DNA from: Azolla caroliniana
Taxonomy: Eukaryota > Plantae > Polypodiophyta
Length of the DNA: 64,000 nt
Assembly (NCBI GenBank): GCA_043228905.1
Contig: JBHGNT010000004.1
Coordinates: 1,488,001-1,552,000 of the forward strand
Reading direction: 5' to 3'
Of the stretch, positions 38,028 to 53,505 are shown one piece after another. The notes under the pieces are model-generated. The model saw only the letters and a program-made list of their open reading frames with translations. It did no database searches and had not been told where the DNA came from. The translations under genes and the position numbers were made by a program. Within the stretch, counting starts at the first letter, position 1. Each line of letters starts with the position of its first letter.

Positions 38028-41000
38028 TTTTCCATACACAAGTCACACTCAACACATTGAAGTTGTTTCAACACGAAGCCTTTGTTTTCATGTACGAATG
38101 ACGAGTTAAGAGGACATGGGGGGTGAGGATCGTGCTTCGATCCACCGGCAAAATCAAACCACTCACTTACATTTTGGACAAGTGAGTCTCTTGTCATGCT
38201 CATATTCGAAGATCTGGCCGAAGCCCATACTAAAATTTGAGCTTGTAGATCTCCTTTCACGTCCATCGGAGTTGTGTTCACATTTGGGAGATATTGCAAG
38301 CATTTGTCACATTGTCCAAACTCTTTTGTCATCGAGTTACATGAAAGGCGTTTTGTATGATAACCATGCATTCTTTTGAAATGCATTTGGGTTTGCTCCC
38401 TATACGAGGTTGATTTCCATCTAGTGTCTTTATTTCCTCCTTCGAAGCGTTTTTATTTATTTGTAGTCTTTCTAGGTCAAAGATGGTGGGCAATGTGGAG
38501 CAAACTTCTCCCATGCCATCCATGTCTTAGATAAAATTTTTAAGTGTGAGTGCAATATAAAAACAATGTATCGATGACGTTTCAACTCTTTTCACTTTAC
38601 CTTGTGTGTATATCATACTTTGTGCACTATCTGAATTAGAGTTTATTTTTTTGTATAATAAGTACCCCATCTTGCAAATTTCATATAAATATCACAATAA
38701 TCAAGTAATGCAATCAATGAAGGTGTGAATGAAAATGCACCAACACTCACCCATGTGGATGCTTTGCATTATTAAAGAGAGAGGGGAGGGGGTGGCAACT
38801 TGCTACAATGATGTGGATGTTTATGCTGCGTTTTGATGTTTTATAAAACAAGAAAGTGTTTTGTAAAAATGATACCTTTTTCTATATAACTTTTGCAACT
38901 CATTGTGTTCATGAACATGATGAGGATTGTTTTTTTTTGCTTACGAAGCAATGAATATCGCTCGAAAAAGACGATAGTGATGGTAAGTACACGAGCGAAC
39001 ACATAAGAGATTGGGTCAACTTGATGTTGTAATTCACTACTATTTTGGAGAACATAGGTGACTAAAATGATCCATTATGTCGTACATGGGATAAAGCTTC
39101 TAAGGGCATGACATTCAACCCAAAGAATGGTCCGAACTACACATAATGCATAAAACTACACACATACACAATGGGCAAACACATGGGCTTGTATATATGC
39201 TCAACAATGTTGACTTTTTGTTTCTTTTGGTGCACCAAGCTCAAACTCTTAGACTAAGCTTTATAGATGAAAAAATTCACATATTTATGTGATGTACAAT
39301 TACATCACCACATTGAGAATATCATCCAAATTTGTTTAGACAACATTACTCATACAATTATTTATATTTTCACTTATTTGACTTCTTTATAAAAAAGACT
39401 ATTGTAAAATCCTAACTTTTATATCTAGATATTACTTTTAAAACTACTTTGGTGATCGAATTTGGAGGCTGTGCTTGGTTTTAAGTGATAGATAGGTCAT
39501 TGTCAATTAATGAATCACAAAGTCCAAGCCCTCGTGCACATACCTTTTGAAATGGGTCTTCCACTACACACACACACACACATACATTGAACCAACCCCA
39601 CCATTGGCCTTCATGAGTATCACATGTAGTCGTGAACTTCAAGGTCACAAATAACACACATATATTTATACCAGGGAAAACAATTATGGGGAAAGATCAA
39701 AAGGATGCAATGATATCACTACATACCCTTGTGAAAAAGTAAAACAATTTATCTTCTAAAAACACATAAAGGTAAGCTAACTAACCAAATACCTCTACTA
39801 GTTTATCTTCTAAAGTACTCAAATGAAGCAAACCAACTAAATACTCTTAATTTTCCACAAAACTTCCTAGGTGCCTCATGTTTTTCAAGATTCATGAAAT
39901 GCCCGTATTTTCAAAATTATGTTTCTCTCTCTCTCTCTCTCTCTGGATGGCAAAACATGGACAAGTTTATTTTTCTTCCAAGAAAGACCAACCTCATTTG
40001 ACAAAATTGAGGGAGGATTAAGATTGAAGATTTCCTAAAAGCAGTAGATGTAGAGGTCCAATGCATTGGAGAATTCATAGTCGTCATATGATATCATTGA
40101 AATGTCTTTTTAAGGTTTGCCAAGTTTAGGGCTTGCCTAAATTCAAGACGCACAAGTTCAAGAGGTCAACTAGACTTAAATTCAATGAAGTAGGCGAGCC
40201 TCGATGCATGTGTACTAGTAGCCATTTTCAAATTTAAGAATCCATTACTTCTAGACAATTGCTCAAGTACATTGTCGATGAATATTAGGGATTATGAAAT
40301 GATCAATAGTTCAAAAACACTATGATTGAAATTTATTAGAGGGAAATGAGCTAATATAAGGGAAGAATTATCATTGATCACGACACAATATTATGCCACC
40401 TAACTTGAGAAAGGGTTGTTGTTAGTTGCTAGAGTGATGTTATAATGTTGTCACAATTGTCCTTGTTTGTTGCTATTATAGTATAGATAGATATTAATTT
40501 GTGGTTAGAAGTAGAATGTTGCATGTCATTAGTGAGAATGCTACCTCTTGTGAACAACTTAAGAAGTTTCCAATGAGATGAGGTTTTGTGCTTTATCATA
40601 CCTTCTATTCTACGGAGTGAAACCAAGGGTGAGCATTAGAGGAGGTATCTAAATCTATGGAGCTCCTTGTTATCCCATACACACACACACATAAAAAGGT
40701 TTCATGTTGGCATCATGGTAACCAACTTGTTAAGCCTTGATTATCAATCAAACTCAAGCATTCGTCAACCTTCCTCCGACCAACAACATTTTTTTGCCAA
40801 TTTTGATGAGCCTAAAACAATGAAAAGTTAATTAATAATCTTATATCCTTAACTTTTGATGAGAATATACCTAATCGAGTTGTGGGAGCAAACATCTTAT
40901 TGTTCTTGAGACAATTTCCTTTACTATACAAACGAAGAGTAACCATAGTTTAAGTGGCATTGGTGGACTTAAACACAGTTTTTACAAGTGACTTATAATC

Positions 41001-43220
41001 ATTGGTGCAATTGCTCCATTGAGCTTGTTCAATGACAATTATGGATAACCAAGCATTGAAGGTATGTAACATTGATTATGGATGGAGGTAAACCTTGAAA
41101 CATAGTTAGCATTCTAAATTGCCCCTTTTAGTAAATGGTCTTCATTTGGAGAGTATTCATTGGGGGGTTTCCCTTTGGGATTTGCTCTAAATAGATGTAG
41201 ACTCACAACAAGTTGTTGCTTCTTTTACACAGTTCAAGCCAAAGATAAAACTCATCATTTATATTATTCTTGATTGCTCATCTCATTTGGGGTTACATTT
41301 CTCCAATTTGGAAAGCTTTGTCATGTTGTTATTTGACACCAAGATAGTGGGTGTTGGCATTCACACACTATCACTTCAGGGCAAAGATGGATATCGACTT
41401 TCTACAATAAGTTAATTTGAGATTGACTACAATAAGTTGTAAAGGGAGCCTAGAACAAATAGTGGAAAAATATGTTACAAACTAATATTAAACTTGCAAA
41501 TACATTATTCTAATATCTAGCTAGAAAAGTATGAAAGAAAAAGCAAAACTTGCCTTTACCCTTTCTTTCTTGACCTTACAAAAACTTCACACAAAGAGAA
41601 GGCCAAAATTACCCCATTCTAGATTTTATTATCATTGACAAAAGATTGTCTTTAAGCGAACCAATGCAAAAACTATAGGTGGCATGGATGTGATATCAAA
41701 ATATTTAAGGAGTTGGATTCTAATGTGATATTGCATGCAATGGAAGGCATATGAATTCACAATAATATCATCATATTTTTATTATGTGCGTGGATGAGGG
41801 GAAAAGACAACCATTTACGGCATAGATACCAATTAATTTGGTGGAGAAAATGCAATAATGCTTGAGATTAATTTGGATCTCTACCTTAGCCTACTACGAT
41901 GATCTTTCATGTGGTGGTACCTATCTCACTATTTTATCTATTGGATCACTCAATTTCAAAAACACGTAGAATTTTCTACAGGCAAAAGATGTTACACAAT
42001 AGTTTAGTGTCACATCTTATAAGGATTTATTTTGTTCTCAAGGCCATGAAGACTGGCTAGGTCAAGGGCCCTAGGCAGAACAACTCAAGTTCCCACCTAG
42101 ACCACCTAAACCATCTCCACTAGCTATTTTACCACAACATTTAATCTCATGCATGGAACCTCACATTGCCAAGCCAAAGTACAACCATAGGGTCAATGCT
42201 TGGGCGAGGGCTGATTACTCACCGTATAGACCCAAGGCATCCTATAATCACTATGATGAGAGCATCACGATGAATTGTTGTTTCATTATACAAAGGTAGA
42301 TGACAATTATTATCCTATGTATGTGTCACGAAACAAGCAAAGAGAAGTTAGGTTAAGCCCATGAGGGATTTTGATATATATATATATATATAGTTCCCAA
42401 ATTTGAGGATTTTGGACTATATGGATATCACTCATCATGTATAATCCCAAAAAACTCCAAAAATCAACCTAGGCTTAAGTTGTTTGATTTTCTTTAAGAT
42501 GCCACATAGCCAATCTCCGTACAATTATCTATGCTTTTCTTGGAACTCTAGAGTCCATCAACAACACAATGAATAGCACAACCATAACTATAGACTTGAG
42601 CACAACTATGTTTAAAGGAGCATTCTTGATGTGTTCTAATAGAACTATAAGCAATTTCTACAAAGAAGTACCTCATTTGAAAAAATGCTTGATGGAATTG
42701 ATCTTTATTGAAATTGAGAAATACACTTGTGATTTTATTCCATTCACACATTCACGTAAATAAAATGACAACTTGAAACTCATGTTCTGAACTTCCCTTT
42801 ATAACAATTCACTTACATATTACAAACATCATGGAATGTGCTTGCCATCAATTTATGGAAGGACTAAAACACAAGTTTCCCCCTTTCCTTTACCATGAAA
42901 TGTTGAATATCCCTTTCAGCATTAGATGTGAAGCTTTCATGTCCATTCCCATATTACATCTTACCATATGTCAAATACCTACCATAAGAAGGTATGCCTT
43001 AAGTTTTTCTTTTTCAAACCCAAGATAATTTCGTGAAGATGATTGGGGTGTGGCGATGCCATTTCCGATCATGCTATTTGCACAATTGACCTTTTTCGTG
43101 TATATAGCTCCCACTTTATGACAACTAATGATTGAACCAATGATCTATCATATATTATGATCATAACATTTGACCTCAAGTCCCTTATAGGTATCACCTC
43201 CATGTAAAGTTTGAGCATTA

Positions 43221-43746
43221 TCAAGCATGAATGGCTTTTACAAATCGAGTGATGCCAGCATAATCTTTCATAATATGCACATTATAGAAAGGTCCTTGTT
43301 CCAAACGCTCAGCTATAATTTCAGCTTGGCCTCCACCATTTGTCTGTAAACATATCCCAATGTATTTTATTATTATTATTATGATTAGAAATTTCCAATA
43401 AAATACGAACACACGTTGAAGAACTGGAAATTTACTCTTCAATCAACAGAGACAATTAAGAAATACAAGGGATAAAGACCTCGAGAATGAGACATCCATC
43501 CTTCTGAAGTGCCCATGCTGCACCATCACATATTACATTCAAATCGTCAATTCCGTGGACTCCTCCATCAAGTGCCTTATGCGGCTCATGTCTTCCTACC
43601 TCTGCTTGCAAAGTGTGAAGACATGAAGAGGGTATGTATGGTGGATTGCTTAGTACTCCGGCTATTGTTCCTCTTCTATCTTCCAAACTCGAAAACCATG
43701 AACCTCGTACAATTTTCACCTTATTCTTAGATTCAAGTGTCTCGTT

Positions 43747-43802
<56 letters not shown>

Positions 43803-45049
43803 GGCTGTCGAGAACATACTTGAGGTTCAAAAAAGTTATGGGGCTCACACTTCACACATTATATTACATATGTTCCACTTAACTATAAAACCATGTTTTT
43901 CACCAAACAAGGAAACCACACACATCAATACATGTTAGAGCCCATCCCATTGTTTGCCATCCAAACCATTGCTTCCAAGCTTTAACTACGGTATGAAACA
44001 AGGCATTGGGGCACAACTGATGAGAGTAATAAACTATGCACACTTTGCTCTAAACAAGTTCGAGTATCACATTTTGATACAATCCTCTATCTTTGATCAC
44101 ATCCAACTATGCTTTCCACACATCATCGACCAAACCCAACCCTTCCACGAATTTCTCTCACAGTCACAGTGTGCACTCTCGAAAGTGACATTCTTGAACA
44201 TAGAGAGGTGCTACTCACTTTCACATGTATTACATGAAAATGTTATGTTTTTGGTCTCATAGGTCATATTTGACCTTCAAAGATGACATCAATTGTGTCA
44301 AATAAATGACCTTGCAATATCCAAACTGTCGACATGACCATCTCCACTATGTCCCAATTTGCTCACTCGCTTTCTTTCTCTCTCATTATGGTTTAGGGTA
44401 AGCCAAGTTTTTACCTCGGCCATGCACCCACATTCAAACCTTCCTATATTCCTCTCTCCCTCTGGTTGTTGTCTTGGAGTTTTATATCACAACACTAAAA
44501 GTCATCAATTTTAATAGACAGCCCAAGTTCGATCCATGCCATGGGCTTGGGTCTGTCCTATAACTCATGTTACATCATAACATATTTTTGCATAATACTT
44601 ACCTCTTTAGCTTAAGTTCTATTTTATTTTATTTTATTTTTACTTCCGATGAATGGGTCAATACCCCATTTTGTTGTAAACCAATTGTCTCATGGACCAA
44701 TTTTGGTCGTAGAAGAAGTTAATTAACAGTCGACTAAACCGAACCGCGAAACCGCAGTTTAAAGATTTTTTATTTTAACTATTTTTAATTTTTTTAAGAA
44801 AACCTTAAATTTTAAATTGTTTTTAAACAATATTTTCATTTTCAAGCCTTATTCTCACATTTTAGTAAAATCTTTAAAATTTTGAAAATTTTAAATTTTA
44901 AATAATGAAATATTTTAAATTTTAAATAATGAAATATTTTAATTTTGTTTTGAATTTTTTTTAACAGTTTGGTTTAACGGTTTCGTGGTTCGGTTCGGTT
45001 TTGACACTCTTGAACTGAACCGAACCGAACCGTTGCAAATTGTTAATCG

Positions 45050-45082
<33 letters not shown>

Positions 45083-45593
45083 AAATTACAAAATGTTGAC
45101 AATAATGTTGCTAATGATCACGAACATGTAACAAATGCAGTTTTTCAGGAACCTGAGGAGACAACGAATGCCGACACACTTGCACCACTCGGCCTTTCCA
45201 TTGATGAGGCAGAAAACCAGAGAAGAACTAGACGTCCTCGGGTGCCAGGTTTCAAAGCAACTCAACGTGATGTGGAAGCAATATTGAAAATAAGGGAACG
45301 TGAGCTACACCGCCTAGAAGCCATGGCTAGGGCACTCTCTACATTGGAACCCACATCAAGACCCTTTGACCCCCCACTTCTTTTCGAGAGGCTTGGGTGG
45401 AAATAAAATTAGGCTTAGTGTATAGTCACTTTCGAGTATACTACATATTGTACACTACTCTTTTAGTTTAAGTTCTATTTTTTTTTACTTAATTTTATTT
45501 TTAGTTATGATGACTGGATAAATACTCTATTGTTGTAAACCAATTGTCTCATGGGCCAAATTTGGCCTTAGAAGACGTTAATACATCTTTCTT

Positions 45594-45648
<55 letters not shown>

Positions 45649-46496
45649 ATGAAAAACCAGAACCCTTTCTTTTGTGCAGACACAAACATGTCGATGGTTC
45701 ATACCTGGAGGCCATACCGTCGAACATTGAGAGAAGCGATGGACAAAGCGTCCACACAATTGTCGACTGCCAAAACGACACTCTCGGGATCAAGGAAATG
45801 TCCAAGTCCAATGGCAATGGCTCCACTTCCGGTGCCCATATCAACCCACAAACCTTTACTGAGATGAGGAGATGATTTCACAACCTCTTGAGCTATATCT
45901 ATCATTTGCTCTGTTTCTGGCCTCGGTATAAGAACTCCTTCTTTCACACAAAGCACATAGTCCCTCCAATGAGCACATCCTACAACATATTGAAATGGCC
46001 TCCTATCTTGCACCCTCTGTGTCCACAATGAGGAAAACTCTTCTAATCTAGCTCTTGAGTAAACAATAACACTTTGGTGAGCATTTAAGTGCTTAATCTC
46101 TCTCCATTTCATTGAAAATCCGTCTTCTATCATCCATTCTAGTTCTTTCAGAAGCTCCTCTGAAGAAGGACCACCATCTGCTTCCATATATTTCTTCCCA
46201 ACCTCCATGGCCATGGATTGGGCCCATGTTGTCCAAGAAAATACCTCTTTCACAGTGTAACGGTGAGTTGGGCACCGCTCAAAGAGAGGTTTAAAGCTTA
46301 TTTGCGGGATTGGGTCGTTCTGGAAGTGCCCTGTTTCTTCTGAGGTACTGCAATGGAGAAGTTTCTTGTGGGAAACAGGGTGGGATATAATTCCTCCTAC
46401 TCTGCTACTTCTTCTTCTTCTTCTTCTCAGAGAAGCTATATCGCCCACAAAGGTAAAAGGAAGAGCGAGTGTTCTTCTACATAGAACACTCTTCAT
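43221..46496 (-). CDS. hemK: HemK/PrmC release factor glutamine N5-methyltransferase, probably organellar. Exons 46496-45705, 43725-43480, 43343-43221
   Basis: Motifs RRPFQYVVG, VLIPRPETE, DMGTGSGAIA, SNPPYI, HEPHKALDGG and KDYAGITRFV. The Arg/Ser-rich N-terminus resembles a transit peptide. Junctions are GT-AG, phase 0. Confidence 0.95.
44737..45040. mobile_element. AT-rich MITE-like element in HemK intron 1
   Basis: AAACCGAACCGCGAAACCG at the left end, CGGTTTCGTGGTTCGGTTCGGTTT at the right, and an AT-rich centre. A ~110-bp direct repeat flanks the region (44612-44722 and 45468-45582). Confidence 0.55.
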
Positions 46497-47763
46497 GCTC
46501 TGTTTCTTCTGACGGATACTCTTGATCTTCCACGACCTCCCTTCCCTTCACCATGTAAGAGAAAGCAGAGAGATTTCTCCGAATACCCCTCTTGGAGTAT
46601 CAGATGCAAATATGTAAATACCCAAAAACTCAGGGTAATTCTGGTGATCTTGGAGTATCAAATACAAATATATGTAAATATCTAGAAACTTGTCAAGGGT
46701 ATCTTGGAGTATAATTGCAGATATGTAATTATCAAAAACTCAAGGGGGGTAACTCTGGCGATCTTGGAGTATGAAATACGTAAACGGTATCGATTGAATT
46801 GATCCATTCGATTGCAATGGATCAATACGTTGACGAATTTAAATCCAATCGATCGCAATGGTATCAAAGTAGACATCCCAAGAAAATGGATCATACGTTT
46901 AACAAATTTGAATCAAATCGATGACGACCTAAGTAAACGGTATTAATTGAATTGATGCATTCAATTGCAATGGAATAGATGGATATCGATCCAGATCAAT
47001 GCATATGTTGAGGGTACTTTGGTGATCTCGCACGAGACCAATCCACCACCACAGACTACGCAAATGACTAAAGACACCCCAAAATATGCACGATGACAAT
47101 CGGATCCATGAAGGGCACTAACAACCTCAAAGCACATGAGGCGTACATACCGACGCCGAGATGACAACCTAGGCGCCTCGAAATGACCATACAAGAAAGA
47201 GACATGGGTAATGATGATCCAAGAGCCCTCATCTAGCCTATTTGTCTAAGATCGACTACTCTTGTGTCACAAAGGGTCAATAACAAACCCATAAAGATTA
47301 GATTTCTCAGATCGCTAAATATTGCCTTCTAATAGAAGATCCGACATCTGCTTAATAAATTCCATCCTTTTTGCGTGTGAAGGAGTCCAACTCACTTGGG
47401 CTAGTAGAGGGTTGCCATTACCCATCACGAAGATACTACCCCATGCTGATAGAGTCATCACCTAGACTAAACAAATTGTTTCATGGACAATGTGTCTTAC
47501 CATCACCTTGTATTCAAGTCCTTTGCAACTTTCATGTGAATTGCCTTAAATAAACCCATGGATATGAAGACTATACATACATATATACATATATGTAGTT
47601 ACCCATTTTCAGACTTACTTGGGAGTGATGACTTAAGGAAACCATTTACTTCCTAACTAAACCCATGGAACTGCACCTCAATGTTTACAAGGAGTGCAAC
47701 AAATGTTTAACCAGGGTTAAAGAATAACCATGGTCAAGTTAGTAGAGTGTGAGTTAGAGACAG

Positions 47764-47794
<31 letters not shown>

Positions 47795-47829
47795 GATTGC
47801 TTACAGAGCATTCTCGATCTCTCTGTATA

Positions 47830-50800
47830 ATGGGCGCCATAGCTCTCTGTCTCACTCTTATCTCCGTCGCTCTCACTTCCCGAGCTCTCTCATCTTCATC
47901 TTCATCTATTAACTTCAGAGGCATCTCTCCTCAAGGTAAAGAAGCTTAACATCGGTCACTCATTCTAGCAAATATATTAGCAAATTGATTTTTGCCTGAA
48001 ACGGGTCGTCGCGCTTCTTCTTCCTCCTAGAAAATATATTACTGATGAATTACATATTTTCCCTTTTGCATTCATAATGGATTCCTTCCTAAACTCTTTG
48101 GAATGACTTTTGTTATAAAACAAATTTAGTGGTATGTTTTTATAATTCTTTCATTTCTAATATCGCCTTTTTATTTTCTTTTAATATTATTTGTAGATGA
48201 GAATTATTATAAGACAGGAATTATATGGTGTAGAGATGGATCAAAGAGTTTTTCTTCTAATTATCTGAATGATGATTTCTGTGATTGTGGTGATGGTACT
48301 GATGAACCTGGTAAGTATTCTTCTTATTTTAAGGATTCTGATCTAGTCTTTAAATGTGATAAACCTAAATTTGAATAAAATACATAGAGTATAAGGTCAA
48401 CGTACATATTTAGAATATAAATGAAACACAGAGTATAAAGTCTTCAATACAAACACATAATTTGGAGGCGACATGCCTCAAATTTGATTGAATTATTTTG
48501 TTTGAGTACATCCGCTCAATCTGCTGGTATACTGTGGATCTGATTACCTATCAATCATGTCAATGTGCATGGATAACACATAAGTGGTATGAGGCATATA
48601 CTACAAACAGAGAATTTTAATGGAATATATGTTTTGAGGTCAATCTGTGGGTAAACGTTCATGCTCAGTTACCAAGAATTTGAAATATATAGTATACGGC
48701 CAATACACATACAATCTTTTTGGTACACTGTGGATCTGGTTGCAATAAGTCATATGGCTGTATATCTATATCGTGGCATACAATTTGACAACAAAATTGA
48801 TTCTTTGACGATCAGTCAATTTAGATCCTGTAAGCCCTGATAAATGCAAACCTTGATAACATTAATATTGCAATCTAGTGCTTAACAATAGCAGACAACC
48901 TTATGGAAGGAATTCCAGGAGATGACATCAGAAGTACAGTGTGCTATTTAGCCAATTATCAAATAATGTATTACTTATCTGGGGGAAACTCATTGCATAA
49001 CAGATGCCTTTATATTGAAGGATTTCATGGTGCTAACATAATCATCAAATTTGTATTATCACCAAGGACTAAGGACTAAGGTTTAGTTTAGGTCTGGTTT
49101 TGTAAGGGCTAAGGTAGTCACGACATAATTCTTACACAAAATATAAGGGCCCTATATGGCATTGGTCAGATCAGGTTGTGTGGTTTCTTTGTCAATGTCT
49201 TATAGGTATGGTTTATGCCATTTTGATCCATGAATGGATTTGACTTGATTCGAATAATAAAAACCCACATTATAGAAAAAACGAAAGTTTATTTTATTTT
49301 CTTACATTTTTGTTAACGTGGATCTTCCTGGGGATGCAGGAACATCTGCCTGTGCTAATGGAAAATTTTACTGTCAGAACAAAGGACATACACCTTTGTG
49401 GATATTTTCATCAAGAGTTAATGATGGTATCTGTGGTAAGGGCCCTCTTTGGTTGGAATGTTATAGAAGGCTTTGTTTCAGGTCTGGTCATTATGATAGG
49501 TTTTCACTTGTACCTATAATTGTAACTCTTGCCTTATGATTTGATTGTTCATTCTGAATATAATGCAGATTGCTGTGATGGAAGTGATGAATATGACGGG
49601 AAAGCAAAATGTGTGAATACCTGCTCAGAGTCAGGAAAAGTTTGGAGGGATAAGCTAAGAAAGAAGATCTCAACATTTAAAGCAGGTCTTGAAGTTAGAA
49701 ATCGGGATGTTGAACGTTCGAAACTTATGATTCAGAAAGATAAACTTGAGGTAGCAAACTTGAAGCTGGAAGAGAAGAAGCTGAAAGATGTAGTGAAGAA
49801 ACTTGGTGGTATATATATTCTCATCTTCAAATTGCATCATGAATTAATTGTTCATCTGCACATGTGTTTCTCTGTCTATCATGATTGCTAGAATGATGTC
49901 TTATATTACCTACGCCCAAAAAGCTTGAATAATGGACTGGCTTAGTAGTTTTCATTCTGTCTATTCAATTTTCTTGCTAATTGGTAGTTCTTTGGTGAGT
50001 TATCAACAACGTTTATTTTTTTTATGTGTGCAGCAATGAAAGAGGCAATTGAAAAGGCAGAAGAAAAGGAGAAACTTGCGCGGGAAGAGGAACAGAATGC
50101 AAGAAAGGAGGAGGAGGAGACAGACAGGCAAAAGGATGAGAAGAAAAATACAGAACAAGAAAAAATAGAACCGGAAGGAGAACTTGATCTCGAAGCAAAA
50201 ATAGAACCGAAAGGAGAACAGGTCAGATTTAATGTCGTTTTGTAAAATTTCTTCGTTTGAAATATGCATACAGAAAGTATCTATTGATAATGGGAAATGA
50301 TCTGAAAATCATTGCATTAAGTAGGATTGACATTATTATAAGCTATTCTTTCATTGCATTGCAAACTTGAAATGATTACATTGCCTATTTACAAGTAGTC
50401 AATTCAGCACATCAACTTAAAGCTATTTTCGTTTATGTTGTGTGCTTCAGCCTTCAGCATGTCAGCTCAATATATGTTTTTGTCCATGCTATTCTTTTAA
50501 ACTCATGACTTTCTCATATCTACACCATATTTGCACTATATGATTGTTGAAGCTTAGATATTCATGCCTAAATAATACAAAGGACTAGTAAACTACCTCA
50601 ACTATACTATTGAATATGAGGGTACATGATACGTCACATTCATTTTGTGATGGGATTCTCGAAGTTGAATTCTATCACTAGGTCATCCGAGATGTGGGAG
50701 AACTAGGATGAGTAGCAGATGTAAAGATGGATTCAAATGCAGGCCTATGATGGAACTCTCCAACCTTCCAATAGAAGTATAGTATGGCATTTACTTCCAA

Positions 50801-53266
50801 AGCTCCGGGCCCTGTGATATTGAATAAAATGGAGAAACCTATAGTTGGGAGGCTGATACAAATGTCTGATAAGCCCTAAAGTGAGGGGTAAGAACTGGGT
50901 TACAAATTATGGGGCTTGTAATGTAGGCAAAAACATGATGATGATCAACATGAACCCGCCATATTTCTTGTGAAGGAAACAACTGCTGTTTTTGAAAAAA
51001 TGATAGTGTAACAGAAAGAAAAGAGAATGCATGTATAAGAATTACATGGTTTAGAGTCCTTTTTATATTTGGCCGTATTAAATTCTGAAATCTTTACAGA
51101 AAGATACAATCAACAATGGGAACGATTCATCAGAGCAAAAAAACACTGAAGGCTTGTCAAGAGAAGACTTAGGGCGTCTTGTGGCATCTAGATGGACGGG
51201 GGAGAATCCAAATCTTATGAAAGAAGAATCCCATGGGCAGGTAGATGATCATCATGTGGAAGAAACTATTGATGGTAAAGAAAAATTTCACGATGAAAAT
51301 GAAAATGAAAATGATGACAATATGGAGAATGAGCAAGAGGAAGAGGACTCACAAGGTGAAGGAGTTGTTCATGCGGATGAAATTTCGGATGAAAAACAGG
51401 CAAATGGCTTGTCAGGTATGTATAATCAGATTGATGTATTAATTTCTTTAATGTGTTCCAAACTCACTAATTGCTGACTCGTATTTTCATATGTATATGC
51501 TATCTAGAGGTGGAGGGTTCTCGTGCAGAACCCTCCTTGTGGACCAAATTGAAAAATGTATTAAAATCATTTTCAGGATTTTACAGTTTGCCTAGTTTGC
51601 CATTAGATAAATCAGGCAAGTTAAAACTCTGATTGGAATTATGTAGATATACATATAGTTTATGTTGTTGAGATATTCTCTTTCTTTAAACAATATCTGA
51701 TTATTGATACGGTCCTTTAAACACAGAAGCTGATCAGATACGTAAAGAATACCAACAGTCAAACACAAAATTAAGTGATATCCGGTTAAAGATATCTGAC
51801 CTTGAAAAAAAACTCAAGCAGGATTTTGGTATGTATTCTTTTGATATTTCTCTGGTTTCTGATTGTGTATTATTTGTTGTTATGGAATTCAAAGTGCAAG
51901 AACTCATATTTGCTGTTTTTATGGTATAGGAAAGGATGGAGAATTTTACAGTCTTTATGACAAATGCTTTGAATTGGAAGAAAATAAGTAATGAGGATAT
52001 ACAGTAATGACTTTTTTTAGCGTTATGATTCCAGAAACATGAATTGTGCTAAAAACTTGCCCTCTGAATGCATGTTTTCATACTTGTTGTGTAGATATAC
52101 ATATAAGGTCTGCCCATATAGACATGCACTACAGATGGAGGGGCATTCAAGTACCACATTAGGGTCATTGCTCTGAAACTTCGATAATGATCATTTTCTA
52201 TATTGTTCTTTTCTAGTTATTTTTCTTATTCCCTTTTGAGGTATTCACCAACAAGCAATGCCTTTTCAGAAATTGGGATGGTTTCAAAGATGACTACAGA
52301 AGTATGCACTTCACACGTGGTGCAAAGTGCTGGAACGGTCCGGATCGCAGTTTGAAGGTATAGAGAATACATACAATCAGTTTCAGTACGGTCATGGATT
52401 TCTTGCATGGTGTTTACCATAAATACAAATGCAATGTTCATAAAAATACACATGCATACATGGTATGGTGTATGTATAAATATGGACATACATACACTTG
52501 CACGTGTATATTTCTGTGCATCTTAGTCACCTAGGGATGGGGCCAATGTCCTTATTCAGCCTATGAAACTGTGTGTTTGACATTTACAAGTCCTCAAGAA
52601 AGAATGTTCCTCGTGAAGATTTTGCTAAGTAGGACTTGACTTGAATCCACATGCGCGTGCACACAGACTCACCACATCTCCATATGCTAGAGACATTGCG
52701 ACTCTCATAACTGCTCTCGGTTTCGATGAATTCAATCGCCATTTCTGGAAAACATAGTTGGTACTCAAAATGAAAGATTGAAGATTTTGCTAAATAGGAC
52801 TTGCTTTAATCCACATGCGCGCAGACACACTCACATATATCTCCATATGCTAGAGAATTTGTGACTCTCATAACTGGTCTCAATTATTTAGATTGAAAAT
52901 CGATGAATTGAACTATCATTTATGGAGAACATAGTTGGTACTCAAAATGGTTTGGTGAGGGCTTTGTGAATAATATATATATATAAAGCGGAAACTCGAT
53001 ACATGTGTGTATAGGTGCGGCTTCGTTGTGGTTTGAAAGTTGAATTGCGAGATGTGGACGAGCCAAGCCGTTGCGAGTAAGTTGCGCGAGTTCTTAACGA
53101 TTATAGATGGATGTAGTAATTTTGAATAAATCAATTTAAGGGTTTGAAATTTTCCTGTAGATATGTTGCTGAACTCTTGATTCCAACTGTTTGTCTCAAG
53201 GAGAGATTAGTGGTAACTTGCTCTCAACTTATATAGAAACTTTCTTTTTATTTGAAGATTTCATTA

Positions 53267-53306
<40 letters not shown>

Positions 53307-53505
53307 AGTGAACATTGGAAATGTATAAATTTATAGCGAACATTGCAATAATAAATCAATATATTAATTAATTAATTAATTATACTTTTGAAGATTTCAT
53401 TCAATTCTCTTCGGTACGTAATATCTTTGAGGTGTCTTAATAATGTAGGCTCTCCAACAAAGGCTAGACACGCAAGGTGGCGTTTTTTCACACGATGAGC
53501 TTTGA
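47830..53505 (+). CDS. PSL4: Glucosidase II beta subunit (PRKCSH/PSL4-like), 14 exons: 47830-47935, 48197-48310, 49340-49435, 49569-49808, 50034-50221, 51100-51415, 51508-51615, 51727-51828, 51930-51987, 52095-52163, 52270-52357, 53015-53076, 53161-53212, 53449-53505
   Basis: Signal peptide [53 protein letters not shown], an acidic middle, [20 protein letters not shown] domain [17 protein letters not shown]...DEPSRCEY, and C-terminal HDEL-stop. Confidence 0.95.
52612..52950. repeat. ~165-bp diverged tandem duplication in a glucosidase II beta intron
   Basis: TGAAGATTTTGCTAA...AATCCACATGCGCG...AACATAGTTGGTACTCAAAATG occurs twice. Confidence 0.8.

Noticed and set aside
8354-46496. Bacterial contamination or recent HGT suggested by RadA and HemK
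   Set aside because: Both genes have spliceosomal introns and belong to families with known nuclear-encoded organellar members in plants.
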